A stretch of DNA of 64,000 nucleotides, taken from the human T2T-CHM13v2.0 reference genome, Homo sapiens. Made by a program: the position numbers and the translations under genes. The stretch lies in the NCBI RefSeq assembly GCF_009914755.1, contig NC_060948.1. The stretch is one strand, 5' to 3'. Shown piece after piece: positions 25,399-39,723 of this stretch. How positions within the stretch are numbered: the first letter of the stretch is position 1; every line of letters begins with the position of its first letter. Below the pieces are notes generated by a model. That model worked only from the letters and a program-made list of their open reading frames with translations, did no database searches and was not told the DNA's origin.

Positions 25399-28300
25399 AA
25401 ATGCTACAATCCCTGTGGAAGCAGAGTCCAGGCAGAGGAGGCAAGGCAGGGAGACAGGTAACCTAGAAGATGGATTCAGAGACATGTTACAATTCTTCCT
25501 GGGGATATTGTTAAGACAGGAGAGTCAAATCACCAAGGTGAGCAGCTGAAATATATAGGTGAATCTCACTTGTGGACTACACCTTGGCAGGATTATTAAA
25601 TCACTCAGGAGCTGGACAATTGTGTATGTCGCAATAACATTAGTGAAATGCTTCAGGAATGGGAGTCACCATATAGCATATGACCTGGCTCCATATTTAA
25701 GAGTCATGATTAGTCAGTCCTCTTATCTCATCTCAGGTATATGTCACAACATCGGCTGTGAGTGGAGAGCAAGTGGGAAGGTCACATCACCTGGGTGGGT
25801 GCTGGTCCTGTGAGATGTCACAATCCATCTTGTGGGCAGGACTCTGAAAGAAGAATCACATCAACTGGATACTGTTTTTGGTGATATATCAAAATCCCAC
25901 CTGTGGGAAGGGCTTAAGAAAGAGAGGAGGCTCACTTAACCAAGGCAGTTGGCATAGGTATATGTCACAATGGCTGCTGTGTGCAAAACCAAGGTAAGAA
26001 AGTGACTACACCTTGGTGCTGAGTTTATCAATATGTCACAATCTCCCCTGTGATCAGGTCGAGAGAAGAGAGGAGAAACATGACCTAGGTGATGAGCAAA
26101 GTGATATGTTACAAAGCTTCTCATTGGCAGAACCCAAAAGGGAGAGTCACATCACTTGGGTGCAGAACCCAGTTGTGTGTTGCAATGCTCCATAAGTGCA
26201 GGGCCAAGGCAGGAGAAGGGAGTCACATCACTTACCTGATGGACCTAGATATCAGCCACAGTGCTCTTCTTGGGCAGCACTCAGGCAGATAATTCAAATC
26301 ACCTTGGTGCTGGTCCCAGTGATATGTAAAAGTGTAATTTGTAGGCAGGCCCAGGCACCTATGCTTAGGGGCATGGTCCAGGCATGTCACAATTTTATCT
26401 GTGGTTATGGCCTAAAAATGAGAGTCAAGTTATTCAGAAGCTGGGCTAACTTTTATGTCCTAATCACACACTAGGATATATTCAGATATAAGTTTCACAG
26501 TCCCACACAAATCCCAGCTTTGTGTATGTGAGTCAACACCCCCTATGACTTGGGCCAAAGTAGAGGAGTCACAGTCTCAACAGTGAGCATGATCCATGCA
26601 TAAGATGCCCAATTCCACTTTAAGATTGTGTTCCAGGAGGGGAGTCACAGCTTCACAGGTGTGCTGAATCATGCATCACCAAAAGACCCGTGGACCAGAC
26701 ACATGTATGAGAGGAACAGTTTCAACCAGGGACAGCTGTTTTGTGTGAGATTTAGTACCTTATTTGTAGGGGCTATTCTTGTGAGAGAATGACAGTAGGA
26801 TCAGCTGATCGTATGTACATGAGTCACAATAGCACTGGGTTACTGTCCCTGTTAGGACATCCTTTGTACCATTCAGGCTGTATATCATATGCCTGAGTGT
26901 CATAGTCCTCTGTGAACTTTATACAATTAGTAGACCCATTGCTTTATTTATGGCCATAAGACTGGTTAAGAATGTCAAAATATCTCTTCTTTCTGGGTCT
27001 AGATATAACAGCTGTATTTGTGCATGTGAGCTGAACCCAGGTATATGTCACTATTTCTCCTGTGGGCAGAACCAAGGTAGGAGACTCTCATCACCAGGAT
27101 TCTGAGCTGAGAATACATTATAATCTCTTCTGCAGGTAGTGCCAAGTCAGAAGAGTCATATCATCTGGGTGCAGCTTCAAGGTGTTAGACTCAACAATAT
27201 TTAAAAATGTCCTCTGTTGGCAGACTCCAGAATAAAGAGCAGAGTTGCATTATTTAAATTTTGCATTCAGCACTATGTACCTATTTCTTTAGAGCACAGG
27301 ACCTAGGCAGGAGAGAGAAGTCACATTTCCTAAATGATACATTAAAAGATGTCATAATGTTCTTTGGGAGCAAAGCACAGGTAAAATTGACAAATCACCT
27401 AGTGGATAGGCTCATAGATATGTGACAATATCTCCTTTAGGCAGTGCCCTGGCAGAAGAGTCTCACAATGCACACACGGGAAACAATTTAAGCAAAAGTT
27501 TTAACACCTGGTTACTAGGTCCAGTGATATGACACAATCTCATTGACATAATATGTTATCGGAGCTCTTATACATGGATCCTGTCCACTGTTGAGATTGT
27601 GAGTCCTCTAGTTTAGCCTAACATAAATAGGATTGATTCACATATGTGAAACCAGGACTTGTGTGTGATGTGAAATTATTTCCAAACCTTTCTTAGCATG
27701 TGATTGGGACAGGTAACTTTGCCCAGCACATAAATAGCGGGACTCTCTTTTCTAGGCTCAGACCACAGATGAAATTGTGCCATATGTGGAACAAACATGA
27801 AAGCAATATATGATATCTTCCTTGACTCTGCCTACAAAGGTCACTTTAATATATTACTGAGACCATCACCCAGGTCATGTGAATTATCTGCCTGAAGCCT
27901 GCTTACAAAGACAATTGTGTTCTATATCTAGGTCCATCAGGTAAGTGATGTGACTCCCTTGTACTGCCTTGGCCCTGCAGTTACAGTGCATTGTGTCACA
28001 TAACTGGGAACTTCATCCAGGGGATGGGATTCTCCTTTTTGCATTCTGTCAACAGGAAACCTTGTAACGTATCACTTGGCTCAGAACCTAAGGTGATGTT
28101 TCTTCACTTTTGCCTGTGCCCCAGCCACAGGGAGATTGTGACATATTGCCAAACCCACTGACCAACGTAAGGTAACTCTCCAGCCTTGGCACTGTACATA
28201 AGGGCCATTGTGACATATGTCTAGGCCAATTGCCTAGGTTAATTGAGTTTCCTCTATTTCCAAAGTCATGTTTACAAGGAGGTTTTTGTCACTGAAACCA

Positions 28301-30648
28301 GCATCCAGGTGATGTGACTCTTCTGCAAAGGTCCTGTCCACAAGGTGGATTGTGATATCTCACTGGAGCCACAGCCACTTATGTGATGTGACTTTCTTGC
28401 ATTCTCTCTGACCAGAGGTGATATTGTGCCATATACCTGAAACCATAACAAAAGCCTAGTAACAGCTTATATACCTGAAGCCAGGATATGTTCAGGAGAG
28501 TTATTCTTATTCTTAAACGTTTCCGCAAGTGTAATCATGACATAAACCTTTGCACTGCTCCTGAGTGATTTAATAATTCTGCCTAGGTATCACCCACAAA
28601 TGAGGTTTTGTCAAATGCCTGGGCCAAGCACCTTGGTGATTTGACTCTTGCTGTCTTAACAATGTCCTCAGGGAATATTGTAACATATTTCTGGACACAT
28701 CACCTAGGTTACATGACTCCCCTCTCCTGCCTGTACCCAGCTCGCTTTGGTAATTGTAGCATTTCTAAACACTATATCCAAATGATATGACTCGTTTTTC
28801 TGGGCCCTGTCAACATTAGTCATTGTGACATATTTTTGGGGCCAACATTTAGGTGATATGACTCTCCTCTTCTGTCTGGACACTACCCACAAGGGACATT
28901 GTGCCACAGAGCTGGATTTAGCACAGAAATTATGTGAGATTTCTGACAGGACCCTGCCTACAAAGAGAATATTGGAATATGTACAGTCCAGCATTTAGGT
29001 GATATGACTATTCTTCCTGCTTTATAACCACAGAGAATATTGTAACAGATACCTAGGCATGACTCACAGGAGTGATAATGACTCTCATATGTGTACTCAG
29101 CCTATAGAGAATATTTTGACACTTATAACTAGATTTAGGGACATGCATGATGTCCTGTATCGCCTTCTTCTACAAAGGTCACAAAAGATTACAACATTCA
29201 CATGTATTTTCCAAAGTCTTTGGGTTATACAGACAGAGTCAAAGCAGGGCTCAGCACACAGCTGAAATTGTGAGTCTTGTATGCACACCCAGCTGACAGA
29301 AAGGACTGGATGGAAGGACTGGACACAGGTGAAATTGTGACATATACCTGAAAAAGCATCTAGGTGTTATGACTCTTTATTTCTGCCTGAGTATTGCCTA
29401 CTTGTGGCATTGGGCCATATCTTTGAGCCCATGACCTAAGTGATGTGAGTCTCTTATTCTGTCTAAGCCTTTACAATGAGAAGATTGTGATGTGTTGATG
29501 AGCCCAGCAATTAGGTAATGTGACTCTCATCATGTTGCCAAAAATTGCCTACAAACAGGACTTTTGCTGTAGTTCAGGGCCCCACACCTGGATTCTGTTA
29601 CACTTATTCCTAGGTCGTGCATAAAGAGGGAATTTCAGCATATTTCTGGGCCTAGCACACTAATGATGTGACTCTCCAGCCTGTGCCAGAGCCAGAGCAG
29701 GTATTTTGATATACCTTTGGCCCATTTCCATAGGTGTTTTGAGTCTCCTTATTTTGCTGGGTTTCTTCTATGTGAAGTTGTGTTATATTGCTGGCTCCAG
29801 AGCCCAATTATTGTGACCCTCTTTCCTAAGACCTGCATAGACAAGGCATTGTGTCATACTTCTTGCCACAACACCTAAGTGATATCAACCTCCTGCCGAT
29901 TTTTTTTGCCCACAAATTTGATTATAACATATACCTTTCTTCAGTTCAAAAGCATGATGATCATGCTTCTATTGGGATTCAGCCAGTACGAGACGTTTTG
30001 CCTTTCATGACTAGGTTTAAGTCAGTAGGTAAAGCCTTTAATTGCATATGTGAACAAGCTCACAGAATTTTACAACAATAACTCATCTCACAAAAACTTT
30101 TTAGGTGGTAGAGAATTTTATAACAGGGTCCAGAAAAATGTTAGTATCATGATTTTACACAACACGTTCATGTGAAAGTAAAAGTTATTACCATCCTGCG
30201 TTTACAACGTTCATTGTTGAGGTCCTCAATCTAATAAGTAAACACAGCACAAAGATGAAATTGTAATTTTTATCAAAGAATCTGGCCACAGGTGGGATGG
30301 TCACTCAGTTCTGGACCCAGCTCACAAACCCAATAATGCTGTCATCCTTGAAGCCAGCATATAAGAGAGATGTTGACTGTCATATCTGAGTTTAGTGCAA
30401 TATGTAAGATCGTGAGTCCATATAAGCATGTAGGCCTCAGTGAGGTTTCAACTCTCATGCATGTTATATAAAGTTCTCAGATGTTGTATAGAGTGTCATA
30501 CTATGGCCAGCACCCATGTGAGTTTGTGACTGACATATACACAACTAGGTAATAGTTAATGGTGTCACCCTTATAGTTGAGGAGACTGTGTCATATCCTT
30601 CACCTGGCACCCCAGTGTTGAGACTTTTTGGTTTAAATTCTTTTCCAG

Positions 30649-33600
30649 GGAGGAGCTTCCAAGATGGCAGAATAGGAACAGCTCCAGTCTGCAGCTACCA
30701 GTGTGAGGAATGCAGAAGGTGGGTGACTTCTGCATTTCCAACTGAGGTACTAAGTTCATCTCACTGGGGCTTGTCAGACAGTGGGTGCAGCCCACAGAGC
30801 AGGGAGGGGCATTGCCTCACCTGGGAAATGCAAGGGATTGGGGAATTCCCTTTCCCAGCAAAGGGAAGCCGTGACTGATGGTACCCAGAAAATTGGGTCA
30901 TGCCCACCCTAAAACTACATTTTTCCACTGGCCTTAGCAAATGGCACACCAGGGGATTACATCCCGTGCCTGGCTCAGAGGGTCCCCTGCCCATGGAGCC
31001 TCACTCACTGCTAGCATAGCAGTCTGAGATTGAGCTGCAAGGTGGTAACAATGCTGGGGGAGGGTGATCTGCCATTACTGAGGATTCACTAGGTAAACAA
31101 AGTGGCAAGGAAGCTTGGACTGGGTGGATCCCACCGCACCTCAAGGAGGCCTGCCTGCCTATGTAGACTCCACCCCTGGGGGCAGGGCATAGATGAACAA
31201 AAGGTAGCAGAAACTTCTGCAGACTTAAACATTGTTGTCTGACAGCTTTGAAGAGAGTAGTGGTTCTCCCAGCACAGAGTTTGAGATTTGAGAATGGACA
31301 GACTGGTACCTGAACCCCGAGTAGCCTAAGTGGAAGACACCTCCCAGTAGGGGCCACCTGACACCTCACACAACTGGGTGCCCCTCTGAGTTGAAGCTTC
31401 CAGAGGAATGATCAGGCAGCAATACTTGCTGTTCGGCAATATTTGCTGTTCTGCAGCTTCTGCTGGTGATACCAAGGCAAACAGGGTGTGGAGTGGGCCT
31501 CCAGAAAACTCCAACAGTCCTGCAACTGAGGGTCCTAATTGTTAGAAGGAAAATTAACAAACAGAAAGGACATCCACACAAAAACCCCATCTATACATCA
31601 GCATCGAAGAACAAAAGTAGATAAAACCACAAAGATGGGGAGACACCAGAGCAGAATAGCTGAAAATTCTAGAAATCAGAGTGCCTGTTCTCCTCCAAAG
31701 GAATGCAGTTCCTCACCAGCAATGGAACAAAGCAGGATGGAGAATGACTTTGACGAGTCAAGAGAAGAAGGCTTCAGATGATTGGTAATAACAAATTTCT
31801 CTGAGCTAAAGGAGGATGTTCGAACCCATCGCAAAGAAGCTAAAAACTTTGAAAAAAAGATTAGATGTATGTCTACTAAAATAAACAGTGTAGAGACGTC
31901 CCTAAATGACCTGATGGAGCTGAAAACCATGACATGAAAACTATGTGATGCATGTACAAGCTTCAGTAGCCAATTCTGTCAAGTGGAAGAAAGGATATCA
32001 GTGATTGAAGATCAAATGAATGAAATAAAGCAAGAAGAGATGTTTAGAGAAAAAAGAGTAAAAAGAAATGAACAAAGCCTCCAAGAAATATGGCACTACA
32101 TGAAAAGACCAAATATACATCTGATTGGTGTACCTGAAAGAGATGGGGAGAATGGAGCCAAGTTGGAAAACACTCTGCAGGATATTATCCAGGAGAATTT
32201 CCCCAATGTAGTGAGGCAGACCAACATTAAAATTCAAAAACATACAGAGAATGCCTAAAAGATACTCCTCGAGGAGAGCAACAACAAGACAAATAATTGT
32301 CAGATTCACCAGAGTTGAAATGAAGGAAAAAATGTTAAGGGAGCCAAAGGAAAGGTCAGGTTACCCAGAAAGGCAAGCCCATCCGACTAACAGTGGATCT
32401 ATTGGCAGAAACTCTACAAGCCAGAAGATAGTGGGGGCTAATATTCAACATCCTTAAGGAAAATAATATTCAACCCAGAATTTCATATCCAGCCAAATAA
32501 AGCTTCATAAGTGAAGGAGAAATGAAATCCTTTACAGACAAACAAATGCTGAGAAATTTTGTCACCACCAGGTCTGCCTTACAAGAGTTCCTGAAGGAAG
32601 CACTAAACATGGAAAGGAACAACTGGTACAAGCCACTGCAAAAACATGTCAAATTGTAAAGACCATCAATGCTACAAAGAAACTGCATCAACTAATGAGC
32701 AAAATAACAAGCTAACATCATAATGACAGGATCAAATTCACACATAACAATATTAACCTTAAGTGTAAATGGGGTAAATGTTCCAATTAAAAGACACAGA
32801 CTGGCAAATTGGATAAAGAGTCAAGACCCATCAGTGTGCTGTATTCAGGAGACCCATCTGACGTGCAGTGACACACATAGGCTCAAAATAAAGGGATGGA
32901 GAAAGATTTACCAAGCAAATGAAAAAAAAAAGAAAAAGAAAACAAAAACAAAAACAGGGGTTGCAATCCTAGTTTCTGATAAAACAGACTTTAAACCAAC
33001 AAAGATCAAAAGAGACAAAGACGACCAATACATAACGGTAAAGGGATCAATTCAATAAGAAGAGCTAACTTTACTAAATATATATGCATCAAATACAGGA
33101 GCAGTCGGATTCATAAAGCAAGTCCTTAGAAACCTACAAACATACTTAGACTCCCACACAGTAATAATGGGAGACCTTAACACCCCACTATCAACATTAA
33201 ACAGATCGAGACAGAAAGTTAAAAGGATATCTAGGAATAGAACTTAGCTCTGCACCAAGTGGACCTAATAGACATCTACAGAACTCTCCACTCCAAATCA
33301 ACAGATATATATTCTTCTCAGCACCACATCAAACTTAATCCAAAATTGACCACACAGTTTTAAGTAAAGCACTCCTCAGCAAATGTAAAAGAACACAAAT
33401 TATAACCAACTGTCTCTCAGACCACAGTGCAATCAAGCAAGAAGTCAAGATTAAGAAACTCACTCAAAACCGCTCAACTACATGGAAACTGAACAACCTG
33501 CTTATGAATGACTACTGGGTACATAACGAAATGAAGGCAGAAATGAAATGTTCTTTGAAAGCAGTGAGAACAAAGACACAACATACCAGAATCTTGGGGA

Positions 33601-36374
33601 TACATTTAAGGCAGTGTGTAGAGGGAAATTTATAGCACTAAATGCCCACAAGAGAAAGCAGAAAAGATCAAAAATCGACAGCCTAACATCACAGTTAAAA
33701 GAACTAGAGAAGCAAAAGCAAACACATTCAAAAGTTAGCAGTAGGTAAGAAATAACTAAGATCAGAGCAGAACTGAAGGAGTTAGAGACACAAAAAAACC
33801 CTTCAAAAAATCAGTGAATCCAGGAGCTGGTTCTTTGGAAAGATCAACAAAATTGATAGACTGCTAGCAAGACTAATAACGAAGAAAAGAGAGAAGAATC
33901 AAAGAGACACAATAAAAATGACAAAGGGGAGATCATGACTGATCCCACAGAAATAGAAACTACCATCAGAGACTACTAGAAACACCTCTAGGCAAATAAA
34001 CTAGAAAATCTAGAAAAAATGGATAAATTCCTTGACACACACTCCCTCCCAAGACTAAACCAGGAAGGAGTTGAATCTCTGAATAGAACAATAACAGACT
34101 CTGAAATTGAGGCAGCAATCAATAGCCTATCAACCAAAAAAAGTCCAGGACCAGATGGATTCACAGCCAAATTCTACCATAGGTACAAAGAAAAGCTGAT
34201 ACAATTCCTTCTGAAACTATTCCAATCAACAGAAAAAGAGGGAATCCTCCCTAATTCATTTTATGAGGCCAACAACATACTGATATCAAAGCCTGGCAAA
34301 GACAGAAAAACAAAAAATAATTTTAGACCAATATCCCTGATAAACATCGATGCAAAAATCCTCAATAAAATACTGCAGCACATCAAAAAGTTTATCCATC
34401 ATGATCAAATCGGCTTCATCCTTTGGAAGTAAGGCTGGTTCAATATACACCAATAAATAAACATTATCCATCATATAAACAGAACAGCACTTCATGCTAA
34501 AAACTCTCAATAAATTAGGTATTGATGGGACATATCTCAAAATAATAAGAGCTATTTATGACAAACCCACAGCTAATATCATACTGAATGGGCAAAAAAT
34601 GGATGCATTCCCTTTGAAAACTGGCACAAGACAGGGATGGCCTCTCTCACCACTCCCATTCAACATAATGTTGGAAGTTCTGGCCAGGGCAATCAGGCAA
34701 GAGAAATAAATAAAGGTATTCAATTAGTAAAAGAGGAACTCAAATTGTCCCTGTTTGCAAATGACATGATTGTATATTTAGAAAACCCCATCGTCTCAGC
34801 CCAAAATCTCCTTAAGCTGATAAGCAACTTCAGCAAAGTCTCAGGATACAAAAGCAATGTGCAAAAATCACAAGCAGACCTATACACCAATAACAAACAG
34901 AGAGCCAAATCATGAGTGAACTCCCATTCACAATTGCTTCAAAGAGAATAAAATGCCTAGGAATCCAACTTACAAGGGATGTGAAGGACCTCTTCAAGGA
35001 GAACTACAAACCACTGCTAAACAAAATGAAAGAGGACATGAACAAATGGAAGAATATTCCATGCTCATGGATAGGAAGAATCAATATTGTGGAAAATGGC
35101 CATACTGCCCAAGGTGACTCATAGATTCAATGCCATCTCCATCAAGCTACCAATGACTTTCTTCACAGAACTGGAAAAACCTACTTTAAAGTTCATATGG
35201 AACCAAAAAAGATCCTGCATTGCCAAGACAATTCTAAGCCAAAAGAACAAAGCTGGAAGCATCATGCTACCTGACTTCAAATTACACTACAAGGCTACAG
35301 CAACCAAAACAGCTTGGTATTGGTACAAAAACAGAGATATAGACCAATGGAACAGAATAGGGCCCTCAAAAATAATGCCACACATCAACAACCATCTGAT
35401 CTGTGACAAACCTAACAAAAACAAGAAATGGGGAAAGGATTACCTATTTAATAAATGGTGCTGGGAAAACTGGCTAACCATATGTAGAAAGCTGAAACTG
35501 GATCTCTTCTTTACACCTTATACAAAAATTAATTCAAGATGGATTAAAGACTTAAATGTTAGACCTAAAACCATAAAAACCCTAGAAGAAAACTTAGGCA
35601 ATACCATTCAAGCCATAGGCATGGGCAAGGATTCATGACTAAAACACCAACAGTAATGGCAACAAAAGCCAAAATTGACAAATAGGAGCTAATTAAATGA
35701 AAGAGCTTCTGCACAGCAAAAGAAGCTGTCATCAGAGTTTCTTACACTGTTGGTGGGACATAAACTAGTTCAGCCATTGTGGAAGACAGTTTGGCAGTAC
35801 CTCAAGGATGTAGAACAAGAAATGCCATGTGACTCAGCCATTCCGTTACTGGGCATATACCCAAAGGATTATAAATCATGCTGCTATAAAGACACATGCA
35901 CAGATATGTTTAGTGTGGCACTACCGATAATAGCAAAGACTTGGAACCAACCAAATGTCCATCAATGACAGGCTGGATTAAGAAAATGTAGCACATATAT
36001 GCCATGGAATACTATGCTGACATTAAAAAGGATGAGTTCATGTCCTTTGTGGGGACATGGATGAAGCTGGAAACCATCATTCTCAGCAAACTATCACAAG
36101 GACAGAAAAGCAGACACAGCATATTTTCACTCATAGGTGGGAATTGAACAATGAGAACACTTGGACACAGGGTGGGGAACATCACACACTGGGGCCTGTC
36201 ATAGAGTAGGGGGAGAGGGGAGGGATAGCATTAGGAGATATACCTAATGCAAATGATGAGTTAATGGGTGCAGCACACCAACATGGCACATGTAGACATA
36301 TGTAACTAACCTGCACATTGTGCACATGTACCCTAGAACTTAAAGTATAATAATAAAAATAAAAACAATAAAAA
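30649..36374 (+). mobile_element. Near-full-length inactive L1PA (approximately L1PA5-7) with internal deletions and a perfect TSD
   Basis: 5' ggaggagcttccaagatggcagaataggaacagctcc. Fragmented ORF1 (MGRHQSRIAEN...) and ORF2 (MTGSNSHITILTLSVNG at 32723; FANDMIVY). A-rich tail. TSD taaattcttttccag at 30634-30648 and 36375-36389. Deletions at ~34485 and ~35738. Confidence 0.97.
30761..31075 (-). pseudogene. L1 ORF0 remnant with an in-frame stop at codon 25
   Basis: MADHPPPALLPPCSSISDCYASSE*GS then in-frame MGRGPSEPGTGCNPLVCHLLRPVEKCSFRVGMTQFS, matching ORF0 as recalled. Confidence 0.78.
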
Positions 36375-36400
36375 TAAATTCTTTTCCAGAAGGGCATTCT

Positions 36401-36508
36401 TACACGGTTCAGAAATGGTTCAGAATCATAATAATGTTACATGGTTCAGAAATGGTTCAGAGCCATAATGCTACATGGTTCAGAAATGGTTCAGAATCAT
36501 AATAATGT
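36401..36508. repeat. Minisatellite: 3 copies of a 34-37-bp unit, each with ggttcaga twice
   Basis: tacacggttcagaaatggttcagaatcataataatgt / tacatggttcagaaatggttcagagccataatgc / tacatggttcagaaatggttcagaatcataataatgt. Confidence 0.92.
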
Positions 36509-38755
36509 GACTTTTCTGCCTGGGAACTGCAAACAGTGGATATTTTCACATATCTCTGGGCCTATTGACTAGGTAATATATCTCTCTTGCCAATGGCCTT
36601 CCCATATCCAGCTGTGTCATATTGTTAGATACAGCATCTAGGTAATGTGTCTCTGCTCTCCTGGCCAGATCCTGCCCACTGAAGAAATTGTGACATACCA
36701 CTGAGTGCAAAACCTAGGTGACATTAATGTTCTCTTTGTCCTGAACTCTACCAAGAAAGGAAATTATTACATATTGCTGAGCCCAGCACCCAGGTGGTGT
36801 GATTTTCTTTTTTTACTGTAAACTGTCTACATTGGGCATAGTGACATATTACTTGAGGCTGTACCCAGGTGGTGTGGCTCTGCTGCCTGGTTTCTGCCCA
36901 CATGTTAGATTGTGACATATAACTAGGGAAGCACCTAGTTGATATGACTTTTCTTTGTGGGCCCTTCATAATGAGGACACTGGGATGTATCTCTGAGCCC
37001 AAGACTGAAGTGAAGTGACTTTCAGCTTCTGCCTGGTCTTTACAAGAAGGGATTGTGACATATCGTAGAGGTCAGAAGTCAGGTTATTTGTCACTCCTTA
37101 TTTTCTGGAACCATTCCCACCACCCGAATTTTTGGCCTATTGCAAGGTCCAGCACCCAGGCGATGTTTCTCTTTTGCCTGGGTCCTGCATACAGATAGAA
37201 GTATGGCATATTGCTGGGGCCAAAACTCTGATAATTTCCTGTTGAGAGCAGGACATTATCTCATGACTCATGACTGTCCTGGAGCCACAGAAGGTATTTT
37301 GACACATCCTGGGCCCATCATGTGGGTGTTCTGATATCTTTTGCCTGGGTTTCTTCCACAGGTAGGATGGTTTTGTTTTGCTCAGTCCAGCACCAATTTA
37401 ATATGACTCTAATTCCTATACCCTGCCAAGCAAGGGAGGACATAGTGACAAGTTGCTTGGCACAGCACCAAAGAGATGTTACCCTCCTGCATACATTTTG
37501 CCCACAAATGGGACTCTGACATATACCTTGATCTCAACATATGCCTTAGTTGAGATCACAGGCCTGGTGATCAGACTTATATTGGAGTCAGCCAATAGGA
37601 GATATTTTGCCTCTCATCACTAGGCTTTGGGCAATGGGTAAGGCCCTGGGTTGCATATTTGTATGAAGCTCACAGAGCTTTACAGCACTAACTCATAGTG
37701 TATAACCTCCTTGGGTGGTACAGAGAGTTTCAAGACAAGAACCAGCAAAATGTTCAGATTGGGATTCTTGGTTATGCACCCAAGTGAAAGTAAATGTTTC
37801 CATCCCACATGGCCAAAGCCCACTGTTAAGGTCCTGAGTCTAAAAAGTAAATACAGTAGAAAGTTGGAATTTTGACCTTCCTATGTGGATCTGACCACAG
37901 ATGGGATAGCGACTCATTTTTACATCTAGCTCACAGGCATGACAATGGATCTCATTCCTTAACCCAGCCTGCAGAAGAGATGTTGACTATAAAACTTGGG
38001 TTTAGGGCAATATGTTAAGATCGTGAATCTATACTACCATGTAGGGGTCAGAGTGGTTTGCCACTCTCACACGTGCTGTATAAACCCTTAAAATGTTGTA
38101 GAGTGTCATACAACAGCCCAGGAAACATGGAAAATTGTGACTCTCATATACAAACCCAGCTCACATTCAATGGTGTCAACATCAAAGACAAAAAGATTTG
38201 GCATATTACTAGGCCTAGTAACCAGGTGTTGTGAGTTTTTGGATTACATTTTTTTTCTGTTGGGTGCATTGTGACATATCACTGGGTTAGAATTATAATA
38301 ATGTGACTGTTCTGCCTGAGCCCTGCCAACAGGGCAAATTATCTCATATCTCTGGGCCTATAAGCTAGGTGATTTTTCTCCCCTCCCTGTGCACTGCCAT
38401 CAGAACACATTGTGAAATATTGTTTGGCTTAACATCTAGGTTATGTGATTTCCTCCCCTGCCTGTGTCCTGCTCACCAAAAAAGTTTTGATGTACTGCTT
38501 ATTGCAGAAACTATGTGATGTGACTCTTCTTCATATGCTAGGCCCTGCCAAGAAAGTGGATTATTACACACTGCAGAGCACAGCACCTATGTGGAGTAAC
38601 TCCTCTTTTTCTTATTCCCTTTCTATAGTGGGCTTGGGGACATATTATTTGAGGCTATATCCAGGTGATGTGACTCTTCTAAATAGGCCCACCCTATTAA
38701 TGAGATTATAATGTATCAGCAGCTCAGCACCCAGGTGATGTCTCTCCTGCCTTTT

Positions 38756-39723
38756 TGTGGGGAAAAGCAAGAGAGATCAGATTGTTACTGTGTCTGTGTA
38801 GAAAGAAGTAGACATAGGAGACTCCATTTTGTTATGTACTAAGAAAAATTCTTCTGCCTTGAGATTCTGTTAATCTATGACCTTACCCCCAACCCCATGC
38901 TCTCTGAAACATGTGCTGTGTCAACTCAGAGTTGAATGGATTAAGGGCGGTGCAGGATGTGCTTTGTTAAACAGATGCTTGAAGGCAGCATGCTCCTTAA
39001 GAGTCATCACCACTCCCTAATCTCAAGTACCCAGGGACACAAAAACTGCGGAAGGCCGCAGGGACCTCTGCCTAGGAAAGCCAGGTATTGTCCAAGGTTT
39101 CTCCCCATGTGATAGTCTGAAATATGGCCTCGTGGGAAGGGAAAGACCTGACCGTCCCCCAGCCCGACACCCGTAAAGGGTCTGTGCTGAGGAGGATTAG
39201 TAAAAGAGGAAGGAATGCCTCTTGCAGTTGAGACAAGAGGAAGGCATCTGTCTCCTGCCTGTCCCTGGGCAATGGAATGTCTCGGTATAAAACCCGATTG
39301 TATGCTCCATCTACTGAGATAGGGAAAAACCGCCTTAGGGCTGGAGGTGGGACCTGCGGGCAGCAATACTGCTTTGTAAAGCACTGAGATGTTTATGTGT
39401 ATGCATATCTAAAAGCACAGCACTTAATCCTTTACATTGTCTATGATGCCAAGACCTTTGTTCACGTGTTTGTCTGCTGACCCTCTCCCCACAATTGTCT
39501 TGTGACCCTGACACATCCCCCTCTTTGAGAAACACCCACAGATGATCAATAAATACTAAGGGAACTCAGAGGCTGGCGGGATCCTCCATATGCTGAACGC
39601 TGGTTCCCCGGGTCCCCTTATTTCTTTCTCTATACTTTGTCTCTGTGTCTTTTTCTTTTCCAAATCTCTCGTCCCACCTTACGAGAAACACCCACAGGTG
39701 TGTAGGGGCAACCCACCCCTACA
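38756..39723 (+). mobile_element. Complete HERV-K(HML-2) LTR5_Hs solo LTR (968 bp)
   Basis: Starts tgtggggaaaagcaagagagatcagattg and ends gtgtgtaggggcaacccacccctaca. 6-bp TSD cctttt (38750-38755, 39724-39729). CpGs retained. No PBS or gag follows. Confidence 0.98.
39286..39553 (+). promoter_or_regulatory. LTR5_Hs regulatory core: TATA-like box, OCT/SOX site region, poly(A) signal
   Basis: tataaaa 39286-39292; atgccaagacctttgtt from 39446; aataaa 39548-39553. Activity is not shown by sequence. Confidence 0.6.

Noticed and set aside
26560-27720. Recent perfect hairpin or palindrome at the strand switch
   Set aside because: The inverted copies are substantially diverged and offset by ~0.95 kb, so extrusion or active conversion is unlikely.
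38756-39723. HERV-K provirus, SVA, or coding ORFs 39007-39535
   Set aside because: Single LTR bounded by a TSD, with no PBS or internal genes and no VNTR or hexamer. The ORFs are antisense LTR frames.
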